In this document: in pieces, positions 1-9,405 of the stretch
How positions within the stretch are numbered: position 1 is the stretch's first letter
Layout of the letters: each line of letters starts with the position of its first letter
DNA from: Candidatus Obscuribacteraceae bacterium
GTDB lineage: Bacteria; Cyanobacteriota; Vampirovibrionia; Obscuribacterales; Obscuribacteraceae
Direction: 5' to 3'
Length of the DNA stretch: 64,000 nt
Assembly (NCBI GenBank): GCA_044226015.1
Contig: JBGAHS010000008.1
Location: forward strand, 1-64,000
Notes under the pieces: model-generated
Database searches by the model: none
What the model saw: only the letters and a program-made list of their open reading frames with translations
Told to the model about the DNA's origin: nothing
Program-made: the position numbers and the translations under genes

Positions 1-235
1 TGGTGCTTGCGCTGGAGGCGGTGCTCCCCATCCAGTATCTTGTGCTGGTGCTTGCGCTGGAGGCGGTGCTCCCCATCCAGTATCTTGTGCCGGTGCTTGC
101 GCTTGCGGTGCTCCCCATCCGGTGTCTTGTGCTGGCGCTTGCGCTTGCGGTGCTCCCCATCCGGTGTCTTGTGCTGGTGCTTGCGCTTGCGGTGCTCCCC
201 ATCCACTGTCTTGCGCTGGTGCTTGCGCTTGCGGA
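1..235. repeat. Coding tandem repeat, 42-45 bp units encoding AQDTGWGAP(Q/PP)AQAP on the minus strand
   Basis: About five near-identical copies of cggtgctccccatcc(a/g)..tcttg.gctggtgcttgcgct; unit lengths are multiples of 3. Confidence 0.9.
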
Positions 236-2070
236 GCATCCCAACTATCTTGCCCTGCGGGTTGAGCTGGTGCTCCCCAGCTGTCTTGTCCAGAGGGTTG
301 CGCTGGTGTTCCCCAACCGCTGTCCTTACCCGTTGCTGGTGCTCCCCAACCACTATCTGCGGCGGGCGCTTGTCCGCCCCCAGCAGCTCCCCAACTGTCT
401 TGCCCTGCAGATTGCGAAGGCGTTCCCCAGCCGCTGTCTTTGCCAGTTGCGGGTGCGCCCCAGCCACCATCTTGTGCTGGTGCCTGCCCTGAAGCTCCGG
501 AAGCTCCCCATCCATCATCAGCTTGTGGCGGTGGCGCCGATGGTGCCCCCCATCCGCTGTCTTGTCCACTTGCAGGTGTGCCCCAGCCGCTGTCTGCAGG
601 AGCTGGCGAGGGACTTCCCCAACCACTATCGTTTGCTTGTGAACCAGGTGTCGGACCTGCTGTATTAGGAGCATTCTGTCCTGGAGCACCCCATCCACCG
701 CCGCTCGGCGAAGATGATTGTGCGCCCCATCCACCGCCAGAAGGACTGTTGGCAGCACCCCAACTATCTTGTGCCGCTGGAGCATTTTGAGGTGGAACTT
801 GTTGCTGTGGTGCTCCCCAACGGTCACCAGATACGGTGCCGGCACCCCAACCCGCGTCGGCTGCAGGCGGATTTTGCGCTGCTGCACCCCATCCACCACC
901 AGAAGAACTACTCGATGCGCCCCAACCTGCATCAGCAGGAGCTTGCTGCGCCGGTGCACCCCATCCGCCATCACTGGCTGGCGCCTGCTGCGCGGGTGCT
1001 CCCCAACCACCATCACTGGCTGGAGCTGGTGCTTGCTGCTGTGGAGGCTGTTGCTGACCGCCCCATCCACCAGCACTTGAACTTGAGGAAGCTCCCCAGC
1101 CAGCATCGGCTGCAGGGGCTGCTTGTTGCGGAGGTGCACCCCATCCACCACCCTGCGATGGTCCTGGAGGGGCTCCCCATCCACCTGCGGCTGGTGCATC
1201 TGGATTGGCTTGCATTCCGCCCATTCCACCTTGCATTCCGCCCATTCCTTGTTGTGGCGCGCCCCAGCCCCCGCCCATGGCATTGGTGAAACCACCCGCA
1301 CCCGGTGACGGTGGAGCTGGATCTCCCCAGCCACCAGTCGGAGGTCCACCGGTCATGCCGCCAGACATTCCCATTGCAGGCATATTTTGTCCCGAAATAG
1401 GATTTTGTCCCCAGCTGCCACTGGTAGATGATTCAGTTTTTTCAGCTTCGCGCTGCCGTTTGATTGTTTCAGCCAGATTGAGAGGACCATCTTCTTTGGG
1501 TCCATCTCTGTTCGGCAGATTCACGCCCATCTTCTGCGCAAAAGATCCACCTGAACCTTGAGATACTGACTGCTCTTCCTTTTCTATTCTAGAAAGACTC
1601 TTCAATTTGGTACTGGTCGCAAGCATGTCGGCATCGGCCATTTCAGCCTTCTTGCCACGCGGAGGCGGAGCTTCACTCGAAGATTCAGACCCCCGACTGA
1701 TATGAGGAAAGCGTGACTCTACGCCGCCCTTGCCACCACCTTTGCCACCAGCTGCTGCTGGCTGTTTTGGTGGAGCACTTTTACCGCCACCCATAAGTCC
1801 TTTTATCGCGCTGAAAAATCCGCCGGATTTTTCCGCAGGCATATTCTGAATAATCTTGCCCGCTAGTGCCTCAAGACTTGCGGGAAGGCATTCTTCCGGC
1901 AGAGGTACTTCGAGAGCTGCCTGTGCAATCTGATCTATTTGATGTTGAAACTTTCCACAAGAGTCACAAGAGTCAACGTGCTGAGTTACCATTCGTTGGT
2001 CTGTTGGAGACAACGCAATATCAAAGCGTTGTTGAAGCAAAAATCTAAATCGGCTGCAATTCATTGTCAT
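1..2070 (-). CDS. Zinc-finger (zf-HC2-like) anti-sigma-type protein with a long WG-repeat low-complexity region; 3' end lies outside the window
   Basis: Absent from the ORF track, consistent with no stop inside the window. Manual translation from ATG at 2070 (AGGTGA upstream): MTMNCSRFRFLLQQRFDIALSPTDQRMVTQHVDSCDSCGKF (C...HxxxCxxC), then G/P/A/Q/S-rich sequence with about 33 xWG motifs. Lies directly downstream of an ECF-like sigma gene. Confidence 0.85.
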   Translation of the reverse strand, partial: MTMNCSRFRFLLQQRFDIALSPTDQRMVTQHVDSCDSCGKFQHQIDQIAQAALEVPLPEECLPASLEALAGKIIQNMPAEKSGGFFSAIKGLMGGGKSAPPKQPAAAGGKGGGKGGVESRFPHISRGSESSSEAPPPRGKKAEMADADMLATSTKLKSLSRIEKEEQSVSQGSGGSFAQKMGVNLPNRDGPKEDGPLNLAETIKRQREAEKTESSTSGSWGQNPISGQNMPAMGMSGGMTGGPPTGGWGDPAPPSPGAGGFTNAMGGGWGAPQQGMGGMQGGMGGMQANPDAPAAGGWGAPPGPSQGGGWGAPPQQAAPAADAGWGASSSSSAGGWGGQQQPPQQQAPAPASDGGWGAPAQQAPASDGGWGAPAQQAPADAGWGASSSSSGGGWGAAAQNPPAADAGWGAGTVSGDRWGAPQQQVPPQNAPAAQDSWGAANSPSGGGWGAQSSSPSGGGWGAPGQNAPNTAGPTPGSQANDSGWGSPSPAPADSGWGTPASGQDSGWGAPSAPPPQADDGWGASGASGQAPAQDGGWGAPATGKDSGWGTPSQSAGQDSWGAAGGGQAPAADSGWGAPATGKDSGWGTPAQPSGQDSWGAPAQPAGQDSWDAPQAQAPAQDSGWGAPQAQAPAQDTGWGAPQAQAPAQDTGWGAPQAQAPAQDTGWGAPPPAQAPAQDTGWGAPPPAQAP

Positions 2071-2088
2071 GATGACATCACCTGTAAG

Positions 2089-2670
2089 CTATCCGCGACC
2101 GAGACATTTGACTACTTGCACACGAGCTCGATGCAGCCAAGCCATGACGTTGTCTTCATTTTCATTGAGTACAACGGCAACCTGGGAGAAGCCTAGATTC
2201 AATTGGTGTCGCAGTATGAAAACCTTCTTTTGCTCTTCCGGTAGAGTGCTAATACAACGCTTAACTCTCTGAGTACCCAGAATTACGGTGGTTTCCCATT
2301 CCATGTTGGCCGAGCCATCCATAGTTGGATCCGTTATAGGTCCACTGGGAGCATCCGACTTTTGCGAATGCCAGTCAGCAACAGAGTCTACGATAAAGTT
2401 TGAGACCCATTCCCAAACCCCGTTTTGGCTGATTTGCTGCATCTCTTTTGGTTTGACTTCGCGAAGAGCTGTAATGACATTCTTCATCGCGTCGACAGTG
2501 AGATCTTCAGCGGCATCGGTGTCGAGAGTTCCGATAAAGGCTATGCAATAGAAACGGTCAACGTGCTGATACACAAATTCGTGCATGGCTTCCTTACCGC
2601 CCTTCTTCACCTCAAGTAGGGTGCTGGCGGCTGCGGAATCAGAATATGTACGTGAGGGTAGTCGTGCCAT
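2089..2670 (-). CDS. Divergent ECF (sigma-70 group 4)-like sigma factor
   Basis: Region 2-like DAAEDLT; region 4-like CISTLPEEQKKVFILRH..LGFSQVAVVLNENEDNVMAWLHRAR; 193 aa; adjacent to the zf-HC2 gene. Confidence 0.75.
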   Translation of the reverse strand: MARLPSRTYSDSAAASTLLEVKKGGKEAMHEFVYQHVDRFYCIAFIGTLDTDAAEDLTVDAMKNVITALREVKPKEMQQISQNGVWEWVSNFIVDSVADWHSQKSDAPSGPITDPTMDGSANMEWETTVILGTQRVKRCISTLPEEQKKVFILRHQLNLGFSQVAVVLNENEDNVMAWLHRARVQVVKCLGRG

Positions 2671-2914
2671 GAAATCGTTATTGAATGAACTAATTAACCC
2701 CTATTTGCAAGTAACTGCCCAGACCCAGCGAATTACGTTGCTCAAAACTACAAGTTTACCTAATATCTTCCCAACACGTCAGCTCTCGGACCAGAAACTG
2801 CTCGGGACTGTATCAATTACCTCCAGCTGCTATGCTTAGGTGCCAACTTACGCCAAAACAAACGCGTTTACAAAATCACAAACAGAGACTCCCCGGGAGG
2901 CTCCATAACGAGTT

Positions 2915-3688
2915 ATGCCCAAAAGACCTGACTTTATTCTTCAAATAACCGTTCGAAACATTGAAGATTTCTCACCTGACGCAGTAGTCAAATCACCTCG
3001 AACTTTTCGTCCAGTTGACGTCCAAACCGCCTGCAGAAACCTGGAACTAGCTGTCGCTAAAGGCACTCCAGAACTCGCATTATCGCTTACTCAGTTCATA
3101 CTGATGGACTACTTTGCGATTGCACACAGCACTGGACTCTACAACCGTCAGATAAAACTATGGGAATCAATTCCGCGCATTCAAACTGTGGAGATATATC
3201 AGACAAAGCGCGGAATCTTTGGCAACAATCCAATTCCAGAGTTTGACATCATCTTTCTAGATAATAAAAAACGGCCCGTACTCGCTGCCTATTTTCTGAA
3301 ACCATCTATAACTAGTGAAAAGGTTGACTACTTGAGATCGTTTCGTGAATTCGTGAAACGGGCTTCCTTATATCAGAACATTTGTGGACTTTTTGTTTGC
3401 TTTACTTCTCCATTTTCGGAAAAGGTTGTCGAGCTTGTGATGAAAGAAACAAATGCAAGCAAAGACATCATCGCTCGGTATGAATCCAAGCTGACAAAAC
3501 CGGAAGCCACCATCAATCTCCTTGAAATGGATTCGTCCACATATTTTGATCCGACAACGCAGACCAACCTTCACAAAATCAATTTGTTGCATCCACGTAT
3601 TAGCAAAAAGAAAGCTGGCAACCAGGCGATGCCAGCAGTGAACTTTTCGGATCAAATTGACAACGAATTATCAGAAACTGAAATCTGA
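2915..3688 (+). CDS. Hypothetical protein, possibly a degenerate restriction-endonuclease-like fold
   Basis: 257-aa ORF, GGAGG upstream; EFDIIF...GLFVCFTSPFS pattern only weakly suggestive. Confidence 0.6.
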   Translation: MPKRPDFILQITVRNIEDFSPDAVVKSPRTFRPVDVQTACRNLELAVAKGTPELALSLTQFILMDYFAIAHSTGLYNRQIKLWESIPRIQTVEIYQTKRGIFGNNPIPEFDIIFLDNKKRPVLAAYFLKPSITSEKVDYLRSFREFVKRASLYQNICGLFVCFTSPFSEKVVELVMKETNASKDIIARYESKLTKPEATINLLEMDSSTYFDPTTQTNLHKINLLHPRISKKKAGNQAMPAVNFSDQIDNELSETEI

Positions 3689-3786
3689 ACCAACAGTCAA
3701 TTCGTTCCTTAATATGCATCGACACGAAGCGTCGCAGACGTAAAAAAAGCGCGGCATGCTGCAGCAGATTTCTCAGGCACCATTAC

Positions 3787-5340
3787 TTAGAGAGGAATAT
3801 TTCCGTGCTTACGCGCAGGTCGCTCAACTCGTTTGTTCTGTTGCACCGAAAGAACCTCGATCAATACCCTACGGGTCTCGCTCGGCAGCACAACGTCGTC
3901 AATGTATCCCAGCTCGGAAGCCAGATAAGGGTTCGCAAAGCGTTCACGATAATCATCGACGAATTTCTTTGCTAGTTCTTTTCCGCCTTGAGCAATTTCT
4001 CTCTTGTACAAAATGTTGACAGCACCGTCGGCACCAATAACTGCAATTTCAGCAGTTGGCCAGGCGATGTTAAGGTCTGCACCAACGTTCTTTGAGCCCA
4101 ATACATCAAATGCGCCACCATAAGCTTTGCGCGTTATCACAGTCAGCTTTGGAACTGTGGCTTCGCAGTATGCATACAACAATTTCGCACCATGCCTGAT
4201 GATACCCATGTGCTCCTGGTTCTTTCCAGGCAGATAACCAGGCACATCAACAAAGGTCAGGACAGGAATGTTGAACGCGTCACAGAAGCGAACAAATCGT
4301 GCACCTTTGGTCGAAGCATCAATATCCAAAACTCCTGCAAGCATTCTTGGCTGATTTGCAACGATGCCTACTACATGACCCCCGACGCGAGCGAAGCCTG
4401 TGATGATATTCTTCGCAAATAGCTCACTAACTTCGAAAAAGTCAGCGTTATCGACAATGCGTTTGATTACTTCATGCATGTCGTACGGTTTGGATGGATC
4501 GGTTGGAATGAGAGTATCTAACTCACCCTGATTTGCAGGAGCAGCATCATCACTGCTATCACCAGCTGGTGCTGTCTCCAGGTTGTTAGCTGGCAAGAAG
4601 GAGAGAAGAGTTCGCACCATCCAGAAAGAGTCTTCCTCATCCTCTGCAAGAAACTGCGCCACACCGCTTTTTTCATTGTGAATGGAAGCTCCGCCGAGCT
4701 GCTCAAAACTGACTTCCTCACCAGTCACAGTCTTCACAATTTCTGGTCCGGTAATGAACATATAGCTCTGCTTCTTCACCATAATCGTGAAGTCGGTTAC
4801 GGCAGGACTGTAAACGGCACCACCGGCGCAAGGTCCATAAATCACAGAAATTTGTGGAACGACACCTGAACAAGCGACATTGCGATAAAAAATATCAGCA
4901 TAGCCAGCAAGACTTTGCACGCCTTCTTGAATTCGAGCGCCGCCACTCTCGTTCAATCCGATAACAGGGCAACCAGCTTGCTTAGCCAGATCCATCACTT
5001 TGCATACTTTTCTGGCAAAGACTTTTCCAAGGGCACCACCGAAACAAGTTGGGTCATGGGCGAAAATATAGACTGGTCTTCCGTCAATTTTTGCCTGCCC
5101 TGTAACAACTCCATCACCAGGAATCTTCTTCGATTCCATGCCGAAGTTGCTGCACTCGTGCGTTGCATAGCGGTCAAATTCAATAAACGAACCCGGGTCA
5201 ACCAACTTTTCGATTCTTTCGCGTGCAAGCAAAAGACCTTTTGCATGTCGCTTCTCCACTGCTTCTGGTTTCACAGCAGCAGCATTCTTACGGCGTTCTT
5301 GCAGTTCAGAATTTGGATCGGGTTTGGTTTTAGTTTCCAT
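3787..5340 (-). CDS. pccB: Acyl-CoA (propionyl-/methylmalonyl-CoA) carboxylase carboxyltransferase subunit
   Basis: GDGVVTG, ESGGARIQEG, GPCAGGAVYSPA, DVPGYLPG, RKAYGGA, C-terminal RKHGNIPL. Confidence 0.92.
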   Translation of the reverse strand: METKTKPDPNSELQERRKNAAAVKPEAVEKRHAKGLLLARERIEKLVDPGSFIEFDRYATHECSNFGMESKKIPGDGVVTGQAKIDGRPVYIFAHDPTCFGGALGKVFARKVCKVMDLAKQAGCPVIGLNESGGARIQEGVQSLAGYADIFYRNVACSGVVPQISVIYGPCAGGAVYSPAVTDFTIMVKKQSYMFITGPEIVKTVTGEEVSFEQLGGASIHNEKSGVAQFLAEDEEDSFWMVRTLLSFLPANNLETAPAGDSSDDAAPANQGELDTLIPTDPSKPYDMHEVIKRIVDNADFFEVSELFAKNIITGFARVGGHVVGIVANQPRMLAGVLDIDASTKGARFVRFCDAFNIPVLTFVDVPGYLPGKNQEHMGIIRHGAKLLYAYCEATVPKLTVITRKAYGGAFDVLGSKNVGADLNIAWPTAEIAVIGADGAVNILYKREIAQGGKELAKKFVDDYRERFANPYLASELGYIDDVVLPSETRRVLIEVLSVQQNKRVERPARKHGNIPL

Positions 5341-5378
5341 CGACGTTTCTCATTAACAAGGGACAACACATATGCTGC

Positions 5379-6755
5379 TCATACAATCTTCGAAAGAAAT
5401 GCATAAACAATCGACAAGTAAATAGACATAGTACAAACATCTAAAATACTGGTGATAAGGGGACCGCTTGCGTGGGCAGGCTCTATGCCACAGCGTTCAA
5501 AAACAATTGGTATCAATGTACCAATCAACACACCGATAGACATCGTGAGGAACAAGGAGCAACCAACTACTATTCCCAACATATTTGAGCCCTGCTGCTT
5601 AAATGCCAGACTGAGCAGAAAAGTCAATAAACCACAGGCGGTACCAAGTAGCGCGCCAACTCTGGCTTCATGCCAGACGTTTTTCAAGGCAGACTTCAAG
5701 GAAAACTGCTTCTTCTGAGTTCGCAGCATGATGCAGGTGCTCTGCATCGCAACTGAGCCAGTTAAACTGGTAAGCAAAGGCATAAATGATGCAGCGATTA
5801 CAGTTTGTTTTATCACAGAATCAAAATGTGTAATGACCGCTGCTGAGCCAGACTCAATAACCAGAGTTACAATCAACCACGGTATGCGCGCCCGAAATGC
5901 AGATGAAACGTTTGTGCCTATATTCTCGCTGCCCTCAGCATCGCTAATCTCGATACCGGTTGATTTATAGATGTCTTCATCAGCTTCTTCTTCGATAACA
6001 TCGATAGCGTCGTCGGCAGTGATAATACCTCTAAGGCGCCCTTCATGGTCAACGACTGGAAGAGAAAGCAAGTCATACTTCTGAATCTTTTCAGCTGCTT
6101 CTTCCTGGTCAGTGTCGACAGCAACACTAATCACATTGGTGTCCATCAGACTTTCGACAGTCGCGTCAGACGGCGCCAGAAGCAGCTCTTTTACAGACAA
6201 CCAACCAACAAGGCGCTCTTCTGTATCAACAACGAAGAGGTCATAAATTTCTTCCTCTTCTTTTTTGTACGAATCGCGTAAATGATGCAGAGCTTCATCG
6301 GCGCGCATATTCGTTGAGACTTCAAGATAGTCCGTAGACATGATGCCACCAGCAGAATCATCGTTGAATGAAAGCAATTCGACTAATTCGCCAGCAGCTT
6401 CGTTATCCGCCATTTGACTGATGATCGAACTTGCCTTTGCTTCTGGAAGTTCCGCAAGCAGATCTGCGGCATCGTCAGGAGACATTGCACTGATGATAGG
6501 AACAAGTCCCATATCACCAAGATCTTTCAATAAATTTCGCTGATGTTCAGTATCAAGCTCAGCAAGAACGGCTGATGCATTGTCCAAATCTAGCAAACGA
6601 AAGCACGATAAACGACGCTCGGGGTTGAGTTCTTCAAACCACTCTGCCAGGTCTGCCGGATGCATATCGTTGAGCATCATGCGCAAGCGCTGACGTTCAC
6701 CAGAATCGATCAGGTCGATCATCTGCTCATGATTTACTGCGGTCACATTGGACAT
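5379..6755 (-). CDS. mgtE: Magnesium transporter MgtE
   Basis: MHPADLAE N-domain, SAGGIM plus CBS pair (LPVVD..GRLRGIITADD), membrane part RIPWL...PAHASGPLITSILD. Confidence 0.93.
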   Translation of the reverse strand: MSNVTAVNHEQMIDLIDSGERQRLRMMLNDMHPADLAEWFEELNPERRLSCFRLLDLDNASAVLAELDTEHQRNLLKDLGDMGLVPIISAMSPDDAADLLAELPEAKASSIISQMADNEAAGELVELLSFNDDSAGGIMSTDYLEVSTNMRADEALHHLRDSYKKEEEEIYDLFVVDTEERLVGWLSVKELLLAPSDATVESLMDTNVISVAVDTDQEEAAEKIQKYDLLSLPVVDHEGRLRGIITADDAIDVIEEEADEDIYKSTGIEISDAEGSENIGTNVSSAFRARIPWLIVTLVIESGSAAVITHFDSVIKQTVIAASFMPLLTSLTGSVAMQSTCIMLRTQKKQFSLKSALKNVWHEARVGALLGTACGLLTFLLSLAFKQQGSNMLGIVVGCSLFLTMSIGVLIGTLIPIVFERCGIEPAHASGPLITSILDVCTMSIYLSIVYAFLSKIV

Positions 6756-7023
6756 GGAAATAAGGCTCCGCTCGCCTTCAGTGCCAGGCTTATGATAACC
6801 CAGTTCCTAAGCAATTAGCCTGTTGGCGGGCTCATTTTTCGGGCTAGACAAGACCGATTAGCGCCGCAGACATGAACAGCATGCTTTTGTAAGCAGGCTG
6901 TTTCAATCAAGACCTTGAAGAACAGACGAGCGCGAATTCCTGAGCTGCAAACAATTAGCAGCTCGAAATCGCGCTTACAATTTACTCATGTCGTAACAAT
7001 GAGCTACGCTTTGCCTTAGCGGC

Positions 7024-7986
7024 TTACTCTTCCAAATAGCCAGACAATTTGCTCGACCAGGCAGGTTGCCTGAGCTTTCTAAATGCCTTGTGCTCAATCT
7101 GGCGAACGCGTTCTCTTGTGATGTTGAAAAGCCTTCCCACTTCTTCAAGTGTTCTCTGCCTTCCGTCTTCTAGCCCATAGCGAAGGTGCATGATGTCACG
7201 CTCTCTGGGAGTCAGCTGACTGAGCATGCGATTCAAATCTTGCCGCATGAGCTGCTCTTCCGTATTCGCATCAGGACGCGAAGATTCACTATCTTCAATA
7301 AGGTCACCAAGGTAGGTTTCCTCATCGCGATTCAATGGCATTTCCATCGAAATAGGCTCGCGATCAGCTTGAATAATTTCTTGAACCTTGCTCACTGGCA
7401 AATCCATCGAAGAAGCAAGTTCTTGCTCTGTAGGTTTACGACCGAGTTCCTGAGCCAATTTTGCACTGGTCTTCTTCATCTTGTTGATGGATTCAACCAT
7501 GTGCACGGGCACACGAATAGTTCTAGATTTGTCGGCAAGACCGCGGCTGATAGCCTGGCGAATCCACCATGTTGCATAAGTGCTGAACTTGAAACCCTTA
7601 GTGTGGTCAAACTTTTCAGCAGCACGAATGAGACCGAGGTTGCCTTCTTGAATCAAGTCTTGAAAGGGTAAACCACGATTCACATATTTTTTAGCGATGG
7701 AAATTACCAGACGCAAGTTGGCTTGAATAAGCTTTTTCTTCGCTTCTTCATCGCCACGTGAAATGCGGCGTGCAAGCTCAATTTCCTCGTCAGGCTTAAT
7801 CATTTTGACTCTGCCGATTTCTCGCAGATAGAGTCGAACGGAGTCCTCAGTAAATGAGTCTTCTTTCCCTATAATGGGATCATTCTCTTCTTCGGCAGTG
7901 GCATCATCCTCAGCCTCGAACGGTTCGTTCCATTCTTCAGACGATTCATCTGTGACTCGCGGACCCAATTTTGTCGCCCTCGGCAT
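7024..7986 (-). CDS. RpoD/SigA-family sigma-70 factor
   Basis: [66 protein letters not shown] at 7986 (ORF track starts at TTG 7992). Confidence 0.95.
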   Translation of the reverse strand: MPRATKLGPRVTDESSEEWNEPFEAEDDATAEEENDPIIGKEDSFTEDSVRLYLREIGRVKMIKPDEEIELARRISRGDEEAKKKLIQANLRLVISIAKKYVNRGLPFQDLIQEGNLGLIRAAEKFDHTKGFKFSTYATWWIRQAISRGLADKSRTIRVPVHMVESINKMKKTSAKLAQELGRKPTEQELASSMDLPVSKVQEIIQADREPISMEMPLNRDEETYLGDLIEDSESSRPDANTEEQLMRQDLNRMLSQLTPRERDIMHLRYGLEDGRQRTLEEVGRLFNITRERVRQIEHKAFRKLRQPAWSSKLSGYLEE

Positions 7987-8238
7987 GGTCAATGTTCCTT
8001 CTTCCTATAGGGGATCTTTACCCAGATCGTGTTGGAGTCTAGCAGTCAAGAGATAAATTAAGTTTTGTAAAATTACATTCAATTACGGATAAGAATTCCA
8101 ATAAACAGCGAACTCAGACAGGATGTCAGTATGCGCTCATCTGTTATATTCAAAGCATCGAATTTCGCCGACCTGAATTGTGACAGTAAGTCAAGCAGGT
8201 CGAATAAAAAGGCCAAGCCTTAAACCAGGAGAGAACAA

Positions 8239-8352
8239 ATGACAGACAAATACAATGCACGCGAAAAAAGAGCACGCCGTAAAGCAAAAGAAAACCGCAA
8301 GAAAGAAAAGGTTCGCGAAGCAATTGCGAAGTCACAAAACGGAAAGGGCTAA
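8239..8352 (+). CDS. Small highly basic protein (37 aa), below the ORF-track cutoff
   Basis: AGGAGAG then ATG 8239; MTDKYNAREKRARRKAKENRKKEKVREAIAKSQNGKG*; 15 K/R; stop lies 3 nt before the trpS ORF. Confidence 0.7.
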   Translation: MTDKYNAREKRARRKAKENRKKEKVREAIAKSQNGKG

Positions 8353-8355
8353 ACC

Positions 8356-9387
8356 TTGACCAATTCACCATCCCGGCCCAAACGCATCATGTCAGGCATG
8401 CGTCCGACCGGGCGTTTGCACATTGGACACTACTTTGGTGCGCTTCTTAACTGGTTGAACTTTCAGTCCAGCTACGACTCGTACTTTTGTATCGTTGACT
8501 GGCATGCGTTAACAACTAAATTTCAAAACGTTCAGGAAATCGAGGGCAACATTCGAGAGATTGCCCTCGATTGGTTGGCTGCAGGTATAGACCCTGAAGT
8601 TTCAACTCTCTACGTTCAGTCCGCAATACCAGAGATTGCTGAGCTGCACTTACTCTTGTCGATGATCACACCACACAACTGGGTTGAGCGCGAGCCCACA
8701 CTCAAAGACATGGTGAAGATGCTTGGTTCCGATGAAAACGAAGCGAAAGACAAAGTAACCTATGGACTGCTCGGATATCCCGTTCTTATGACAGCGGATA
8801 TTCTCGCGTTCAAAGCTCAGTTGGTTCCGGTTGGAAAAGATCAAGAATCGCATCTTGAATTTGCAAGAGATGTAGCTCGCCGATTCAATCATTTATATAA
8901 CGTTGATTTCTTTGAAGAGCCTCAGCCGAAATTCACCAGCACGCCTCTGATAAAAGGGCTAGATGGTCAAAAAATGGGCAAGTCGTACAACAACGACATA
9001 AAGCTTGCTGATACCGAAGAGGACACACTCAAAAAGGTCAAACAAGCGATTACTGATAGAAGCAGAATTGCGAAGTCCGACCCAGGTCATACAGACCAAT
9101 GCGAAGTGCCCTGGCCGCTTTACCAGATTTTTGCGAATGAAGAAATGCGTGCATTGGTCAAAACAGAATGCGAATCTGCGCAGATAGGCTGTGTTGATTG
9201 TAAGAAACGTCTGGCTAATTGCATAAACGAATTCATGCGACCAATACGCGAGAAGAGAATTGGTCTTGAGAAAGATCCAGAATCAGTGCGCAAGATTCTC
9301 GACTATGGAAACAAGAAAGCACGCAAAGTTGCGGCCGAAACGCTTGAAGGCGTTCGCGAATTGATGGGCTTGTCTCGTTGGGTATAG
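8356..9387 (+). CDS. trpS: Tryptophanyl-tRNA synthetase
   Basis: SGMRPTGRLHIGHY (HIGH), YPVLMTADIL, VPVGKDQ, KMGKS (KMSKS variant). Confidence 0.96.
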   Translation: MTNSPSRPKRIMSGMRPTGRLHIGHYFGALLNWLNFQSSYDSYFCIVDWHALTTKFQNVQEIEGNIREIALDWLAAGIDPEVSTLYVQSAIPEIAELHLLLSMITPHNWVEREPTLKDMVKMLGSDENEAKDKVTYGLLGYPVLMTADILAFKAQLVPVGKDQESHLEFARDVARRFNHLYNVDFFEEPQPKFTSTPLIKGLDGQKMGKSYNNDIKLADTEEDTLKKVKQAITDRSRIAKSDPGHTDQCEVPWPLYQIFANEEMRALVKTECESAQIGCVDCKKRLANCINEFMRPIREKRIGLEKDPESVRKILDYGNKKARKVAAETLEGVRELMGLSRWV

Positions 9388-9405
9388 CTCGCTAAGCCCG
9401 GCTGA

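Noticed and set aside
1..1420. WG repeats as evidence of an Argonaute/RNA-silencing system
   Set aside because: No Argonaute/PIWI gene in the window; the similarity to GW182 is motif-level only.
3..1561. Multiple plus-strand ORFs (3-668, 7-492, 440-790, 714-1289, 1205-1561 and others)
   Set aside because: Antisense shadows of the repetitive minus-strand WG-repeat gene; no RBS and implausible composition.
6756..7023. M-box riboswitch upstream of mgtE
   Set aside because: No recognisable consensus or terminator; would need an Rfam scan.
8239..8352. Trp attenuator leader or T-box for trpS
   Set aside because: No Trp codons, and no terminator or T-box motif recognised before trpS.
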